This document shows, one piece after another, positions 14,561-27,987 of a stretch of DNA of 64,000 nucleotides. Origin of the DNA: Lama glama (Eukaryota). Location of the stretch: NCBI GenBank assembly GCA_028534125.1, contig CM052817.1:30134001-30198000 (forward strand). The letters run 5' to 3'. Position numbers and translations under genes: made by a program. The notes beneath the pieces are model-generated. The model saw nothing but the letters and a program-made list of their open reading frames with translations, was not told where the DNA came from and searched no databases. Within the stretch, counting starts at the first letter, position 1; each line of letters starts with the position of its first letter.

Positions 14561-16489
14561 CTTCAGTATATTAGTACAAAAGCATGTAGATATAGACATA
14601 GAAATACATAAATAAATACAGTTAATTTAGTTAATTCACAAGTTTTGTGGTTTTGCTTTTGAGATTAAAACAGAGGAAAAGGAGACATTTCAATCAAATA
14701 TTTATTGTATATCCACTAAGTTACAATAGAATTTCCAAATAGATTATTTGCATTTGATTCCTTTAAATGCATATATAATGCACATTCTCAGTCTTTGAAA
14801 AAAAATATCCTTGAAAGGTTTCTTAAACCTCAAGTTTGACGTGAGTATATACTGATATAGTAATCACTTGATTTGCGTGTTGCAAGAAACTTGCCAGAGA
14901 AGCACAGAACAATGCAACATCTTCACACAAACAAGATTTAGACCCATTAACTGAGGTTTTAGAAGAAATAAATGATACCAACATCAACTACAAAATTGCT
15001 CAGAGGACACACAACTAAAGAGCAAATTTAGAAAGAAACAAAAAAATTCATAAGGACATACCAGCACATAGCTATGTCCTCAGGCCTGTGTACGGGACAC
15101 CTGAGGATGCTGGGTGACCCAAGAGTTGAAGAATCCAGAAACTTCAAGGTTAAAAAGTTATTTACAGGAAATTTGATCTAACTTCTCCTTTTTGTAGATG
15201 GGATTATAAATAATTTTAGTGACTGCCCAGTTTCCAAGCTTGTGAGGGGCAGAACCCAGACAAGGATGCAGTTCCCAGCCCAGTGTCTTTACTACTGAGT
15301 ACTATGTCCAAAAAATGTATTGTGAAGAAGGAAGTCGTTCTCTATTGCCCCGTTTATAGTAAAACATACTTTCAAGGACACAGTAACTTAGTGAAGGCAG
15401 CATATTTTTTAGTGCCTGGCTACATTAATTATAAGTCAATGCTTGTAGCCAATTTCTGAAGAATTCTATCTGCTCACTAAAACATAACCAAACTGCAGGA
15501 CTGCTCTTGAAGTGACTCCTCATTTGAGTTGATTTACTGGGTATATTTTAAAGTACCAAAATTTATTTCATTATACCCTTTTACTATTAAAGGCTAGTCT
15601 CCTCTGAGTAAGTTCCAATCAGTGTGCTTCTTCTATAATGAAGAAAAATGTGGTTTATGAAGCAGGTGTATAGCAATGAAAGAAATAACACCCTTAGACT
15701 ATATAAGACTGGTTAATCTCCAATACCTTCAGTTGGTTTTCAAAGGGGTGTAACCATGAATTTAGCCCAGTATTAGCATTGCAAAAATTGCAAAAAAGTG
15801 AGACACTTAAGAACAGATCGGCAGTGTCAATAAACCCAATTAGTACAGATCATAAAACTTCATTATGCAAAGAAGCTCACACAGACTGCAGAACACCATG
15901 GCTACTGCATGTTCAGACCATTGTGCAGGCAAGATGTCTGGGCTTTCTCTTTGGAGCTAGATTCCTAACAAGTTTAAAAAGAAATTAAAAACTGTTACTA
16001 AAGATTCAGATTCTAACAGTAGATTATTAAAATATATCTAATCAAAGTACCAAAATGATTAATAGTTATATGTTAATCGCAATTCACTTTGATATAACTT
16101 ACTACTTGAAATTCATAATAACCTTATTAAATATGCAGAAGTATTCCCATTTCACAGGTGAATACTTTAAAAGCCATATTCACTTAAAAAAAGAGAGAGA
16201 AAGCCAAAATGTGAACTGTAACCTTATGCTTCCTAACACCATGTTCTTTTCATTGTACCATACATAAAAACAATTCTTGGAGGCAGGACATCAGAGTGAA
16301 ATTTCCTTCTTTTATAGATTAAAAGTAGGTACTAGTCATATATTATGGAAAGTCACAGGGAGAATTTAGTCGCAGGCTGAGACTGGAGTTTTGGAATCTC
16401 TGTTCAAGTCTTCTTGCCACATTTAAACAGACTCAACAACAAGACTGAAGGATAACAACAATATTAGTAAGGTGAGTAATATGAAACAG

Positions 16490-16650
16490 ATGTTAAGAGC
16501 ATGAGCTTTCAAGTTAGGTAGACCGGGGTACTTGAACAGGTCTTTAGTCTCTCTTTATTTCAGTTGACTTATCTGTAAAATGGTGATAATAATACAACTT
16601 ATTTCTTAAAAGAATGAAGCAGAAGGGATAACACTTGTCAAGTTCTTAGA
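16490..16650 (+). mobile_element. MIR SINE fragment
   Basis: gttaagagcatgagcttt...tctgtaaaatggtgataataat core. Confidence 0.65.
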
Positions 16651-17638
16651 AACAGTTTGAACATCAAAGAAGACGGCCTGTATAAATCATCTTCCAACTA
16701 TCCTTCTCGCCCATTCCCTATACTCAGGAAAAGGGTGGCCTGGCAAAGCAGTGACACCCAGCAGCAAAAATTCACCAAGTGCCAGGGATAGGGGTTAGTA
16801 GGATGCCGCAAGAGGTCCATGAAAGAGTACGCCACCTGTGCTGTTGGTGTTTCAGACAATAAGGAGGTCATTGAGAAGAAATCACAAGAGTGCCCATGAC
16901 TGGTCCTGTGTTTATCCCCCAGCCATACAAATGTCATTGACTGTGCAGGGAGAACCACTAACAGATAAAACTAAGTAAGAATATATCCCCCCCTTTCCTA
17001 ATCTCCCCTTCCCTTGTCTCTACTCCAGAAGACCCAGAGAGAAAAGAGGAAGAGTAGATCACTGCCCATCACCCACTGTGCACCCCTTACCTGTGACCAT
17101 AGCTGAGAAGAGGAGAGAAGATCTAAATGGCATAAGAGATTGATGTTTAAATTGCACTGGACTGGGTTCTTGGATATTTAAAATTGAACAGAAAGCCAGA
17201 AGATGCACCCCAGATATCGTCAGGATATGGGGATAGAAGATCCAAAGAATGAGTTTGATCAGTTGAATTTCTAAAGCCCTTGGGATGAAGTTCAGATGCT
17301 TTCTCACAGCCTCCAAAGCCCTGCAGTGACCTCTCCCTCCCTTACCTCTCTAGTCTCAAGTTCAGCAATTCTTCGTATACTCTGTCTACAGCAATACCGA
17401 TGCTGTGGGGCTTCTGCTGTGTCACGCTCCGTCTTACTAGCCCAACTCATTGATCTCTGCTGCAGTCTCACTTCCCTGCATTTGGCCAACTCTTATTCCA
17501 CATTGAGAACAGGGACAACGACCTCCTTCCTCAATGCATCACCAGTATCTAACTGGCTGGAACATAGGAAATAAACAATAATTAGTCCATGAATAAGTGA
17601 GTGTGAGGAGTCACTGGAAGTTAAATGTAGTGGCAAAG

Positions 17639-18138
17639 NNNNNNNNNNNNNNNNNNNNNNNNNNNNNNNNNNNNNNNNNNNNNNNNNNNNNNNNNNNNNN
17701 NNNNNNNNNNNNNNNNNNNNNNNNNNNNNNNNNNNNNNNNNNNNNNNNNNNNNNNNNNNNNNNNNNNNNNNNNNNNNNNNNNNNNNNNNNNNNNNNNNNN
17801 NNNNNNNNNNNNNNNNNNNNNNNNNNNNNNNNNNNNNNNNNNNNNNNNNNNNNNNNNNNNNNNNNNNNNNNNNNNNNNNNNNNNNNNNNNNNNNNNNNNN
17901 NNNNNNNNNNNNNNNNNNNNNNNNNNNNNNNNNNNNNNNNNNNNNNNNNNNNNNNNNNNNNNNNNNNNNNNNNNNNNNNNNNNNNNNNNNNNNNNNNNNN
18001 NNNNNNNNNNNNNNNNNNNNNNNNNNNNNNNNNNNNNNNNNNNNNNNNNNNNNNNNNNNNNNNNNNNNNNNNNNNNNNNNNNNNNNNNNNNNNNNNNNNN
18101 NNNNNNNNNNNNNNNNNNNNNNNNNNNNNNNNNNNNNN
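17639..18138. other. Assembly gap, exactly 500 N
   Basis: Run of N with a round-number length, which indicates a scaffolding placeholder. Confidence 0.99.
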
Positions 18139-18699
18139 CTACCATATTAATCCATAAATACTTCAATAAAAACGTGATCACACTGTTTTAAAATGGATGC
18201 TTTCTTCCCTTAGCTGTCCCCCATTACACTGTGAGCACCACGCAAGCAGCCCTGGTTATACTTAAGTATTTTGGCTCCTGACACTGTGACAGATACAGAG
18301 TATGCACTTAGCAAATCTTGTGGAAAAAGAACAAACACGACTCATGCCTCCTAGTAGCTCAGACTGCAGTAAAGAAGAAAGACGTGAAGATTTCCCTAGT
18401 GCGCAAAGTCATAGAAACGTGTGAACGCCATGTGGTGGGGCACGGGAACAAGGAACACTGACTCTACTTGGAGCAGCCAAGAAAAACATCAGGGGAGATG
18501 AAATTTGAGTTTGGCTTTGAATAAATGAAAGATCTCCAGTTGGCAAAGTAGGAAGGAAACATAACAAGAACAGGGAAAAGCATTTGCAAGGCCAGAGACT
18601 TGTAAAAGATAATGGCATGTTCGGAGAACAGTGAGATGTTCAATGCAACCTTTAAAAATAAAAGCCTCTCTGATAGCTATGATGCCTATAGCTACTGCC

Positions 18700-20280
18700 C
18701 TCTGTCGTGTCTCCACTCCACAACCCCGCTGCCTAAACAGGTTGCCTCCACCCTTTCTCCATTTCCTCACCTCCCACATGCCTCAGCCCACTGCAATCTG
18801 GTTGCTTTTACCACAATCAACAAATATCTCCTTGTTCTTAATCTAATGACACATTCAAATTCTTTTCTTGGCTTTACCACAGTATATGACGCTATTGTTC
18901 TCTCCCTACTTTTGTAATGCTCTCCTGCATTGGCATGAAAACCACATTCTCCTGGTGTTGTTAATCTTGGGAAAATGCTCATCATGGGACCTGAGACCTT
19001 CTGTGTCTGACAATAACCCACATGTAATGGTATCTCCTGGAGCATGTGTGGGAGTAACACCAGTGGACAGTGTCTATTATTCCTCATCAAGGCACACAAG
19101 TTCTGTGTCATTCTCCCAAGAAGACATGTCTCACCCTTGTAACCTAGGGAAAGAACATGCAACTTCTGCAATTTTTTATTTTAAAAATCACTTCATGTTC
19201 AGCATGGTGGTTTGTTATTTAGTTTATACAAAAGAATGGAGGAATGGTAAGGAATGCTTCTCTCCCGAGGCAGCCAAGTGAGCTATGTGGATGTACCTTA
19301 GTTCCTACAACCCTCGCTCCTGCATAAAGGTAAGAGATGGAGTCAAACTGGTCAAACTACACTTACCTGCACTCTTCTGGAATGATTACCCAACCCCCTA
19401 AGTGAGGTTTTACTGTGAGCAAAACCTATGGGTTCATCCCATTACCAAATGAACCATACTCCTTCAGTATACAGAATCCTACCTGGACAGAGGGCCATTA
19501 CTGATACAGATACCTGACTGTTGAACGTCACTGCATCTGATAAGGAAAGAAAGGCAGTGGTCTCTGACGTTTGTTGTTAAGTATCAAAGCACAGTGTGGT
19601 TCGGGGAAGGGAATGCCCCTTCATTTTGACAGACACCCATGGTTGCTCCTTCTCAGTCTCCTCTGCAATCTTTTTTTCATCTTCTTCTATTCTAGAGTTT
19701 CTAGAAAAGCATAAGTACCATTTCACTTTAGTTTCCTCCCTTGAACGAATTCATGTACGCCCATGGTTTCAGCTACCAAAGGATGCTCTCTAAGCCCTTC
19801 TCTTGAGCTCCAGATCTATGCCAGATACCTCGCATCTCCAACTAAATCTCTCTCAAAGCCCCCAGCTCAATACATCCAAAGCATGAATTCTCATCCCCTA
19901 GACACCAAATCAAAAGCAAACAAAACTTTTCTTTCTGTGTTCCAAATCCCAGTGACTAGCACCACCATCCACCCAATGCCCCCAAGCATTCATCCTATAC
20001 TTCTCTTTCAGCCCCTTCCGCCAACAGATCACCACATCTTGTCAATTCCACCGTATAGAGATCTTTTAAATCTTTTCAGTTCTTTCCAACTTCAGTCCCA
20101 TTACCCTGGCCATCATTTCTTGTCTGGCATACAACAGCTTTCAAACCAGCTTTTCCTTCCCTCAGTCTCTAATGCAAATGATTGGATTGCAGAAAATCTG
20201 ACTCTTCACATATCTTTTATATTTCCCTAAGCCCCCACCAATCACATGATGGCTTTTGGCTGCCTCAGAAAAAGTCAAAT
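18700..20280 (+). mobile_element. L2 fragments (about 18700-18955 and 19635-20280) split by an LTR-like insert (about 18956-19631)
   Basis: L2 motifs accacattctcctgg and tgctccttctcagtctcc, normally close together, are separated by about 670 bp starting TG and ending CA. The family of the insert was not identified. Confidence 0.5.
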
Positions 20281-21979
20281 GCTTTAATTAGTTAAAAGAC
20301 AGACTGTCACACCCCTCAACTAGCAATTAGGATTCCACAGATCTTAGAAGAAACCTAGGAAATAACTTTTTAAATAAATACTCAATACTGATTCCAACAC
20401 AAGTGTCTGTGAATCTCATTTTGAGGAACATTTTTAAAAACTCTAGGAGGGTGCTGAAAAATATTGGCTGAATGTTCTCTAAGCCTAGTTCCTATCCTTC
20501 CAAAATATCAATAACCTTCCAGTAATCAGCTTCTGCATTCTGGCCTTGAAGTGAGGAAACATTATCACTCTACCTTTGATATACAGTATTCGCCATGTTT
20601 GTATGACTATTTACAAATGGCAACTTGTGATAAAGGTAAACAACTTAAACATAGTGTCAATTTTCAACCAAATATCAAGATCTAATAATTTTCTGAACTT
20701 CCCTATGATGTTCACTATTGAACTACATAATGTCCCAATAGCTTCTGGGGTGTCTAAGAGATAATGTACTCTGCTTTCATAAGATAGACAAGTATTAACC
20801 AAGGAGATTGGTACGAACAATAAACCAAGGTCACCACTTTCCTGACTGACTGCTTTTTAATAGTTTAACTGTAAACTCTAGGTCACAAATCTTGAGATGA
20901 CTTCAACATTTCCATTGTTCAAGTTCTAACCCTAATACTTAGCAGTGCAAGAGATAACCATTTGGGCTGAGGTTCGTAGTCTAGGTTTCAGTGCAATAAT
21001 TGGTGGCTATACCACGTATGCCTGAAGAATATGCACACACAGTGAAAATATTTACTACTATTAGAAAAGACCCTCTATAAACCAAAGAGAAGAGGAAAAA
21101 ATTACAGAAGAGTTAGAAATTGCTTAAATGCTACTACCAGCCTTGTCAATTTTCTGCTACCAGTACATTTCCAAATTTACCTTCTTACTTATGAACTTTT
21201 TCAAAGTTGAAATAAAAAAATACAACTTAATTGCAAACACTGTAATTAGAATCTCTATAATTTAGATCTGCAACTTTCTTTGGACAATTACACTGGTTAA
21301 TGATTCTGATACAGTAGTTTGTGTGTGTGTTTGTGTGTTTGCTCTTTTGGTTCTTAATTCTTTTTGCTATGCTGCTTTTTCCTCTCAGGCTAATGTCACA
21401 ACAAATCTACATCACTGACCCGAACAGGAGGGCTTCGGAGTTTAGATCTTGCTACTGAGTATGCACATTGCATAGAAAAAGGACTGTATCAGCTAAGCTA
21501 CCAACAGTAAAATTAAATGTATTCTTTACTGTTTTCCCATTAACAAATAACTTCCGTAAGACATGAATCAGATATCTTCACATCCACTTTATGTACAGGT
21601 AGAAATAATATGGGTATATTTTCCCTTTGCATCATAATAAATTTCTTTCTCTTTAAAGTAACACATGTAAGTTTCATTTCTTGACCTGGCCATTGATACT
21701 AACATCATTCAAACTTTCCTCATTATTTTTCTTGCTTTACAATAAAAGTAATATCAAGGTTGAAAATCACTCCATCTGAGCATCGTGAAGACCAACTCAT
21801 TTCTCTTCCAAAATGTACTCGTTTTGAAATTGAGCTCCGTCTCCCCTAATAGATTTACGATGAGAAAGTGTGTGTGTCTGTGTTACAGTGTATTTAGGTT
21901 AGTCAGCTTACACTTTTTCTCTAGATTTGGACAAATATCAAACACTACCTGTTGAGTGATCAAACTGTCTCTTGACTCT

Positions 21980-22590
21980 CCCTCAGAATCGTCCCCACAT
22001 CACACATTATTATGTATACCTATTTCTAGTGCATTGACTTTCAGCTCCGAGTCCATCCCCTTTCCCCTTCTTTGTGATACAGGAGAAGGGCTCTGTAAAC
22101 ATGGCTCCTTCACCAGCTCACACAAGGTTAGGGTTTGTCTTTAGAGGGTGCTGGAGGTATACTCTCATGTCACAGCCAGCAAAGGGGGCTTTTCTCTGGT
22201 TCACTGCCACGTCCGGTGCACTGTCATTCTTCAGCGCAGCTTCAAGGACTGCTGTGCTGTGAGTTTTCAGCCACCAGGAAGGATATGCCTCTGGACCAGT
22301 TTTAGCACATACCCTCACAGCAGCATGTTCCTATAGCAACAGCATCCACTCTAGTGAGCTCTAAGTCGCGGTCTTGAGGGGAAGGACTTCCTTCCAAGTT
22401 CTAAGTTCCTTCCTTGTTCATCACCCCAGAAGGAGATGCTGCCTTTCGCATTTACTAAATCTATACTGCTTAGAGTTTTCTTTTACTTTTTTATTTAACC
22501 ATCTTGTACCAGCTAATAATTCATATTAGATTTTCCCTCTTTTACTTAACTGTTACGGATCCTTTCCTCTGACCAGACTTTGATGACAAA
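21980..22590 (+). mobile_element. Old ERVL-type LTR (LTR41/LTR40-like)
   Basis: 3' end ataattcatattagattttccct...ctctgaccagactttgatgaca resembles ERVL LTR ends. Confidence 0.45.
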
Positions 22591-23200
22591 GTAAGTATGT
22601 GTCTGATTGGTGGTATTGCAATTAACTAGACTCTCCCAAACCAAGTATTGGTAAGACTGGGTAAATAAGGTGCATAAAGATGGAAATAAAGTAGCAAATC
22701 TGACATGACATGACCAAAGAGAACTCTATAAGACTGTGTTGCATTGGGTGATTCAAGGAAAATGTGTATTAGGAGAAATATCTAGGACCTTCAAACATTT
22801 CAAGAGCCCATGGAGATATTAAATGTACATTTCATTTTAGGGACTATCTCAATATGCAAATGCATGTGCCCACACACATACATACACATAATCCAAAATA
22901 CATAAAGAAAGCTAAAAATTCAAAATAATTGATTTTTAAAAATTTAAACATTACCAAATTCAATCTCATTCAATTCAATTCAACCTATATAGTTTTGAAT
23001 GTAAGTGCATTTTAAGGTTTACTATAATGTGTGGTAGTGTCCCCTAAAATAAGAAAGCCTATCTTGAGCCTGTTAAAAATTTTAAGTAGTTGGGCTAAAT
23101 TCACTAAAGAGACCAAAGATCTGAATTTAATTCAGAGACAAGAGAATTTAAATTCATTCTGTTGCTAATGACTGCACACCTAACATCAGCTACCAGCTTT

Positions 23201-25137
23201 TTATTTTTATTTATGTATTTTTGCACATATCTTATAAATATTCAGTTTATTTTTAAGAATGACAGCAGCAGACAGGACACAAGCACACAACTGCTAGGCG
23301 CCTAAATGGCTAATTGTGACTTCACTCAGACATGGTACTGCCCCAGTTCTGGAACACATTGTCCTTAACCTTGAGTGTTCAACTTCACCCGTCAGCATCC
23401 CCTGCTCTGAGTTTCTTCTTGACATCAGTGGATTCTTTATATTGACTACTAAGCTTTAATTCTTGCAGGAGAATTATAATGCTTTTCCCCGTTTTTTCCT
23501 TACTTGATTTCCCCCAGAATTTAGGGTTTTTTAAAATATATAAACCCAATTAATGCCTGGAAAAAACTTCCTACATGGAAATACTAACTAAATGATCACA
23601 CTTGGGATTCCCCTGTATAGTTAATTAACATATCCATCTCCTCATATTTATATATTTATTTTGTTTGTTTTTGGCAAGAACATTTCAGTTCTACTTGCTT
23701 AGTGAGTTTCAGTTCTACAGTAGTGCTGCCAGCTACAGTCACCATGCTTGACATTAGATCCTCAGACTTCACTCTTCTTGTAGCTGAGAGTTTAGACCCT
23801 TTCACCAACTTCTCCCTGATTTTCCCACCCTCCAGCCGCTGGCAACCATTTAGCTACTCTCTGTTTATGTGAGCTTCACTTTTTTTTCTTCCATATGTAA
23901 ATGATACAATGCAATATTTGTCTTTCTCTGTCCGGTTTAGTCACTTAACATAATGCCCTCAAGGTCCATCCATGTTGTCAAAAATTGCCAGGATTTTGCT
24001 CTTTCTCATGTGATATATATATATATCACACCGTATTTCCATACCTTGGCTATTGTAAATAATGGTGCAATAAACGTATGAGTGCAGATATCTCTTGGAG
24101 ATCTTCTTTTCATTACAGAAGTGGATTATTGAATAATATGGTAGTTTTTCATTTTTTTTTAATTTTTCATTTTTTGAGAAACTTCCATACTGTTCTTGGT
24201 AGTGATTATACCAATTTACATGTCCACTAACAGTGCACAAAGGTCTCCTTTTCTCCACATCATTGACAACATTTATCTCTAATCTTTTAAAAATTATTTT
24301 ATTGAAGTAGAGTTGATGTACAATATTATATAAGTTTCAGTTGTACAACATAGTTAGTCACCATTTCATAGTTATTACAAAATGTTGTTTATAGTCCCTG
24401 TGATGTGTTGTACAATATATTCTTATAGCTTACTTATTTTACACATAGTAGTTGGTATTTCTTAATCCTGTACCCCTATATTGTCCCCCCCTTTCCCTCT
24501 CCCCATTGGTAATCACGAATTTGTTCTCTATATCTGTGAGTTTGCTTCTTTTTTGTTATATTCACTAATTTGGTTTTTTTTTTTTGGATTTCACATATTA
24601 GTGGATAAGTGATATCAAACAGTGTATCTCATCTTTCTGATGGTGGCTATTCCAGCAGGTGGGAGGTGATATCTCATTATGGTTTTCATTTCCATTTCCT
24701 TGATGATTATTGATGCCGAGTACATTTTCATGTACCTGTTGGCCATTTGTATGATTTCTCTGAAGAAATGTCTATTTAGTTTTTCTTCCTTTTTGAAATT
24801 GGATTGTGGCTTTTGGTTTAGTTTTGTTCTGTTTTTTACTTTTGCATTATGCCAGTTCTTTATATATATTGGATATTACCTCTTTATCAGATATATAATT
24901 TGCAAATATTTTCTCTCATTCTGTAGTTTGCTTTTTCATTTTGTTGATAGCTTCTTCTGCTGTGCTGAAGTTTTCAGTTTGATATAGTCAGTCCTACTTA
25001 TTTATTTTTGCTTTTGGTGTCAAATTTTAAAAAATCATCACCAAGACCAATGTCAAAGAGTTTATCCACTATGTTTTCATCTATGAGTTTTATGGTTTTA
25101 GGTGTTACACTCAAGTCTTTAATCCATTTTGAGTTGA
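23201..25137 (-). mobile_element. L1 (L1MA9-like, about 23604-25137) plus about 380 bp of non-L1 3' extension and poly(A), all inside one TSD
   Basis: Perfect 13-bp TSD agctaccagcttt at 23188-23200 and 25138-25150. AATAAA (minus) at 23246-23251 and A-rich tail at 23201-23222. L1 ORF2-end and 3' UTR antisense motifs. Confidence 0.82.
24289..24624 (-). mobile_element. Younger L1 3' end nested inside the older L1
   Basis: ttttattgaagtagagttgatgtacaat...ccccattggtaatcac. Imperfect TSD tatctctaatcttt (from 24274) and tatctcatcttt (from 24625). Confidence 0.75.
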
Positions 25138-26130
25138 AGCTACCAGCTTTCTAAATGTGTCAGTAATCCCAAAGTACAGTCAGAACAAAGAGGGGGAGGA
25201 TTAGTTCAATCCGTCATCACCGCTGGAAAAAAAAGTCACTTCAAACATTTTACCAAAAATATATGACTGTCTAGAACCCCCTAAATATCAAATATTTGTA
25301 TGTCTAGAAAAATCATCTATGTATATGTGTTTACTTTTGACGTTTTGAGGTAAAATAATTCACTTTGCAAAACAAAGTTTAACATAGTACCTGTTAACAC
25401 TAATAGTTACAACATAAAATCTACAACATTGCAAACTTTGATAATTTGAGGTCCTATATCATTTACTTTTACGTTTTGGCTGGTAATAAAACACCAAAGT
25501 TAACCATATAAGAACCAAATTTTGTGTGATATTCTGCTAATCTTTAAATGTAGTGCTGGACAAAATTCTGACTCTCTACACTTGATTCCACATAGAGGTG
25601 AGGTGTCTCACTGTGTCTCTCCAATATATGGAGCATTTACTAAGACAAGCTGCACAGAAATATTACCTTTACCATCAACCAATAATGTTCGGGGTACACA
25701 CACTACAAATATGTCTCTGTCATATTTTCAAGTTCCTATACACTGCAATTAACCTCTGGAAAGAGGATGATTAATATTTCAGGCCACAATGTAACATAAT
25801 GCAAGGGGGGGTTATGTTGAAAAGTGGGATTTTCTTGTCATTGCAGAATTGTGACTAAGGCCTGACGTTGAGTGGGAAAAAAGGCACTTAAGTTTTCACA
25901 TTCTAATTAGAAAGAACTTTAAAGACCTGTAGACTTTGATATCAACCACTTCCCTAAAGTTGAGGGTCATCACCTCTCTTCCACTTTACATCTTCAACCA
26001 TCCAAGTTAATATACAAAAGAACTGTGAGGTCAGAGAAGTGGCTCTGGTGGAAGAAAAACAGACTTTTTTAATGATAAAACCAGCATATCTTCTCCAATG
26101 TAAAGAATGCCTAATAAATTGGATAATTAT

Positions 26131-26373
26131 GGGAAAGTAAATTGGTGCAGCCACTATGGAAAATAGTATAGAGATTCCTTTAAAAATTAAAAATAGAACT
26201 ACCATATGATCCAACAATCCCACTCTTGGGTATATATGTGGAAAAAAGTGAAAACCTTAGTTTGAAAAGATACACGCACCTCAGTGTTCATAGCAGCACT
26301 ATTTAAAATAGCCAAGACGTGGAAAGGATACAAGTGCCCATAAATAGAAAATTGGTTTAAGAAGATGTGAGGT

Positions 26374-26412
<39 letters not shown>

Positions 26413-26856
26413 GGAATAGTACTTAGCCATAAAAAGAATGAAATAATGCCATTTGCATCAACATAGATGAACCTGAAGAATTTTATACTTAGCGAAGTCA
26501 GACATAGAAAGGCAAATACCATATGATATCACTTATATGTGGAATTTAAGAAATAATGGAAATATACAAAATAAAAACAGGCTCACAGACATAGAAAACA
26601 AACTTTTGGTTACCAGGGGGAAGCAGGGGGATGGAAGGATAAATTAGGAGTATGGGATTAATAGATACAGACTACTATACATAAAATTGATAAACAACAA
26701 GGATTTACGATATAGCACAGAGAACTGTATTCAATATATTTTAATAACCTATAATGGAAAATAATCTGAAGACAAAATAACCGAATCACTATGCTGTACA
26801 CTTGAAACAAACACAATATTGTAAATCAACTATACTTCAGTAAAAAAAAAAAAAAG
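26131..26856 (+). mobile_element. 5'-truncated L1 (ORF2 end, 3' UTR, poly(A)) with an internal (CA)n at about 26376-26410
   Basis: ggtgcagccactatggaaaa...ccatatgatcc...ctatacttcagt(A)14. Confidence 0.9.
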
Positions 26857-27774
26857 AAATAGGCTAACGTTGTTTATGAGCATCCGAAAAAAAGGAAAAC
26901 CTTTAGTTTTTGTGTGTTTCTCCAGGTGGAAAACCTCCACACCTGTCACCCTTTCCCTTGAGGTATCAGAGAAAGGGAAGACACTGGAGAGAGATGACAC
27001 AGATGGAGGACAACCAGGCAAGAAAGGGACAGGGCATCTCCTCTAATTCTCACTCCCTGACCATAAGGAAGGTGGATGAAAAATAATTTCTACAAAAAAG
27101 TGTCTAACAGATCACTATAGGAACAGGAGAAGTAGAAGACTGATTATTGCAATTCTTATGCTTAATCAAGAATTTATCTATGTTGTATCTAGTCCACCAA
27201 TTTCGAACCCAACAGACCAATTTCCCTCTTCCACTGATCTCATTTTAAAGAAAAATAAAGACCAGTTCCATAGAATTCAAGAACATTAAGATTCTAGTTT
27301 TCTTTAGATTCATTTATACATCCCTACTATGTGTAAGGATTGTATCTACTGTATTTATGTACCTAGTATGAACAAAAAAACACCTTACTCAGTGCCAATA
27401 GAAGGTTTCCATTTGTAACACTGACCGTGACCACAATCTGTAGAAAGCAGTTATCTATAAAACTGTACAGACATATGGAAGTCAAGAAGGTGCCTTAATC
27501 TTTGAAAACGGCTCTCAACAATATCATTAGTTTTACTTAAACAATTGTTTATCACACTGTGATAGAATGTTTTGAAAATAATATAAAATATAAAAGGTTA
27601 ATCTGAACACTCAGGTTAGAATGGCGCACCACAGATATAAGCAGATTAAGATCCTTACATCTCCATGTATGGGGGTAGACTAAACAGGCAGGAGACAGAC
27701 ACATAATCTATAACACTAAAAATACTTGTTTATTCTAAATTAGCTCCCCCCCCGCCCACACACACTTCCCATTA

Positions 27775-27987
<213 letters not shown>

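Noticed and set aside
17597..18181. Two 186-aa ORFs
   Set aside because: Artefacts of translating the 500-N gap.
19763..20230. 155-aa ORF, and other ORFs over 100 aa at 18.6-19.3, 24.7, 26.2, 41.7, 42.7, 52.4, 56.2, 60.8 and 62.3 kb
   Set aside because: No recognisable domains. Most overlap decayed L1, L2 or LTR sequence or low-complexity DNA, and their lengths are as expected by chance.
26116..26871. TSD around the 26.1-26.9 kb L1
   Set aside because: The best candidate matches only 10 of 15 bases in AT-rich DNA, which is not reliable.
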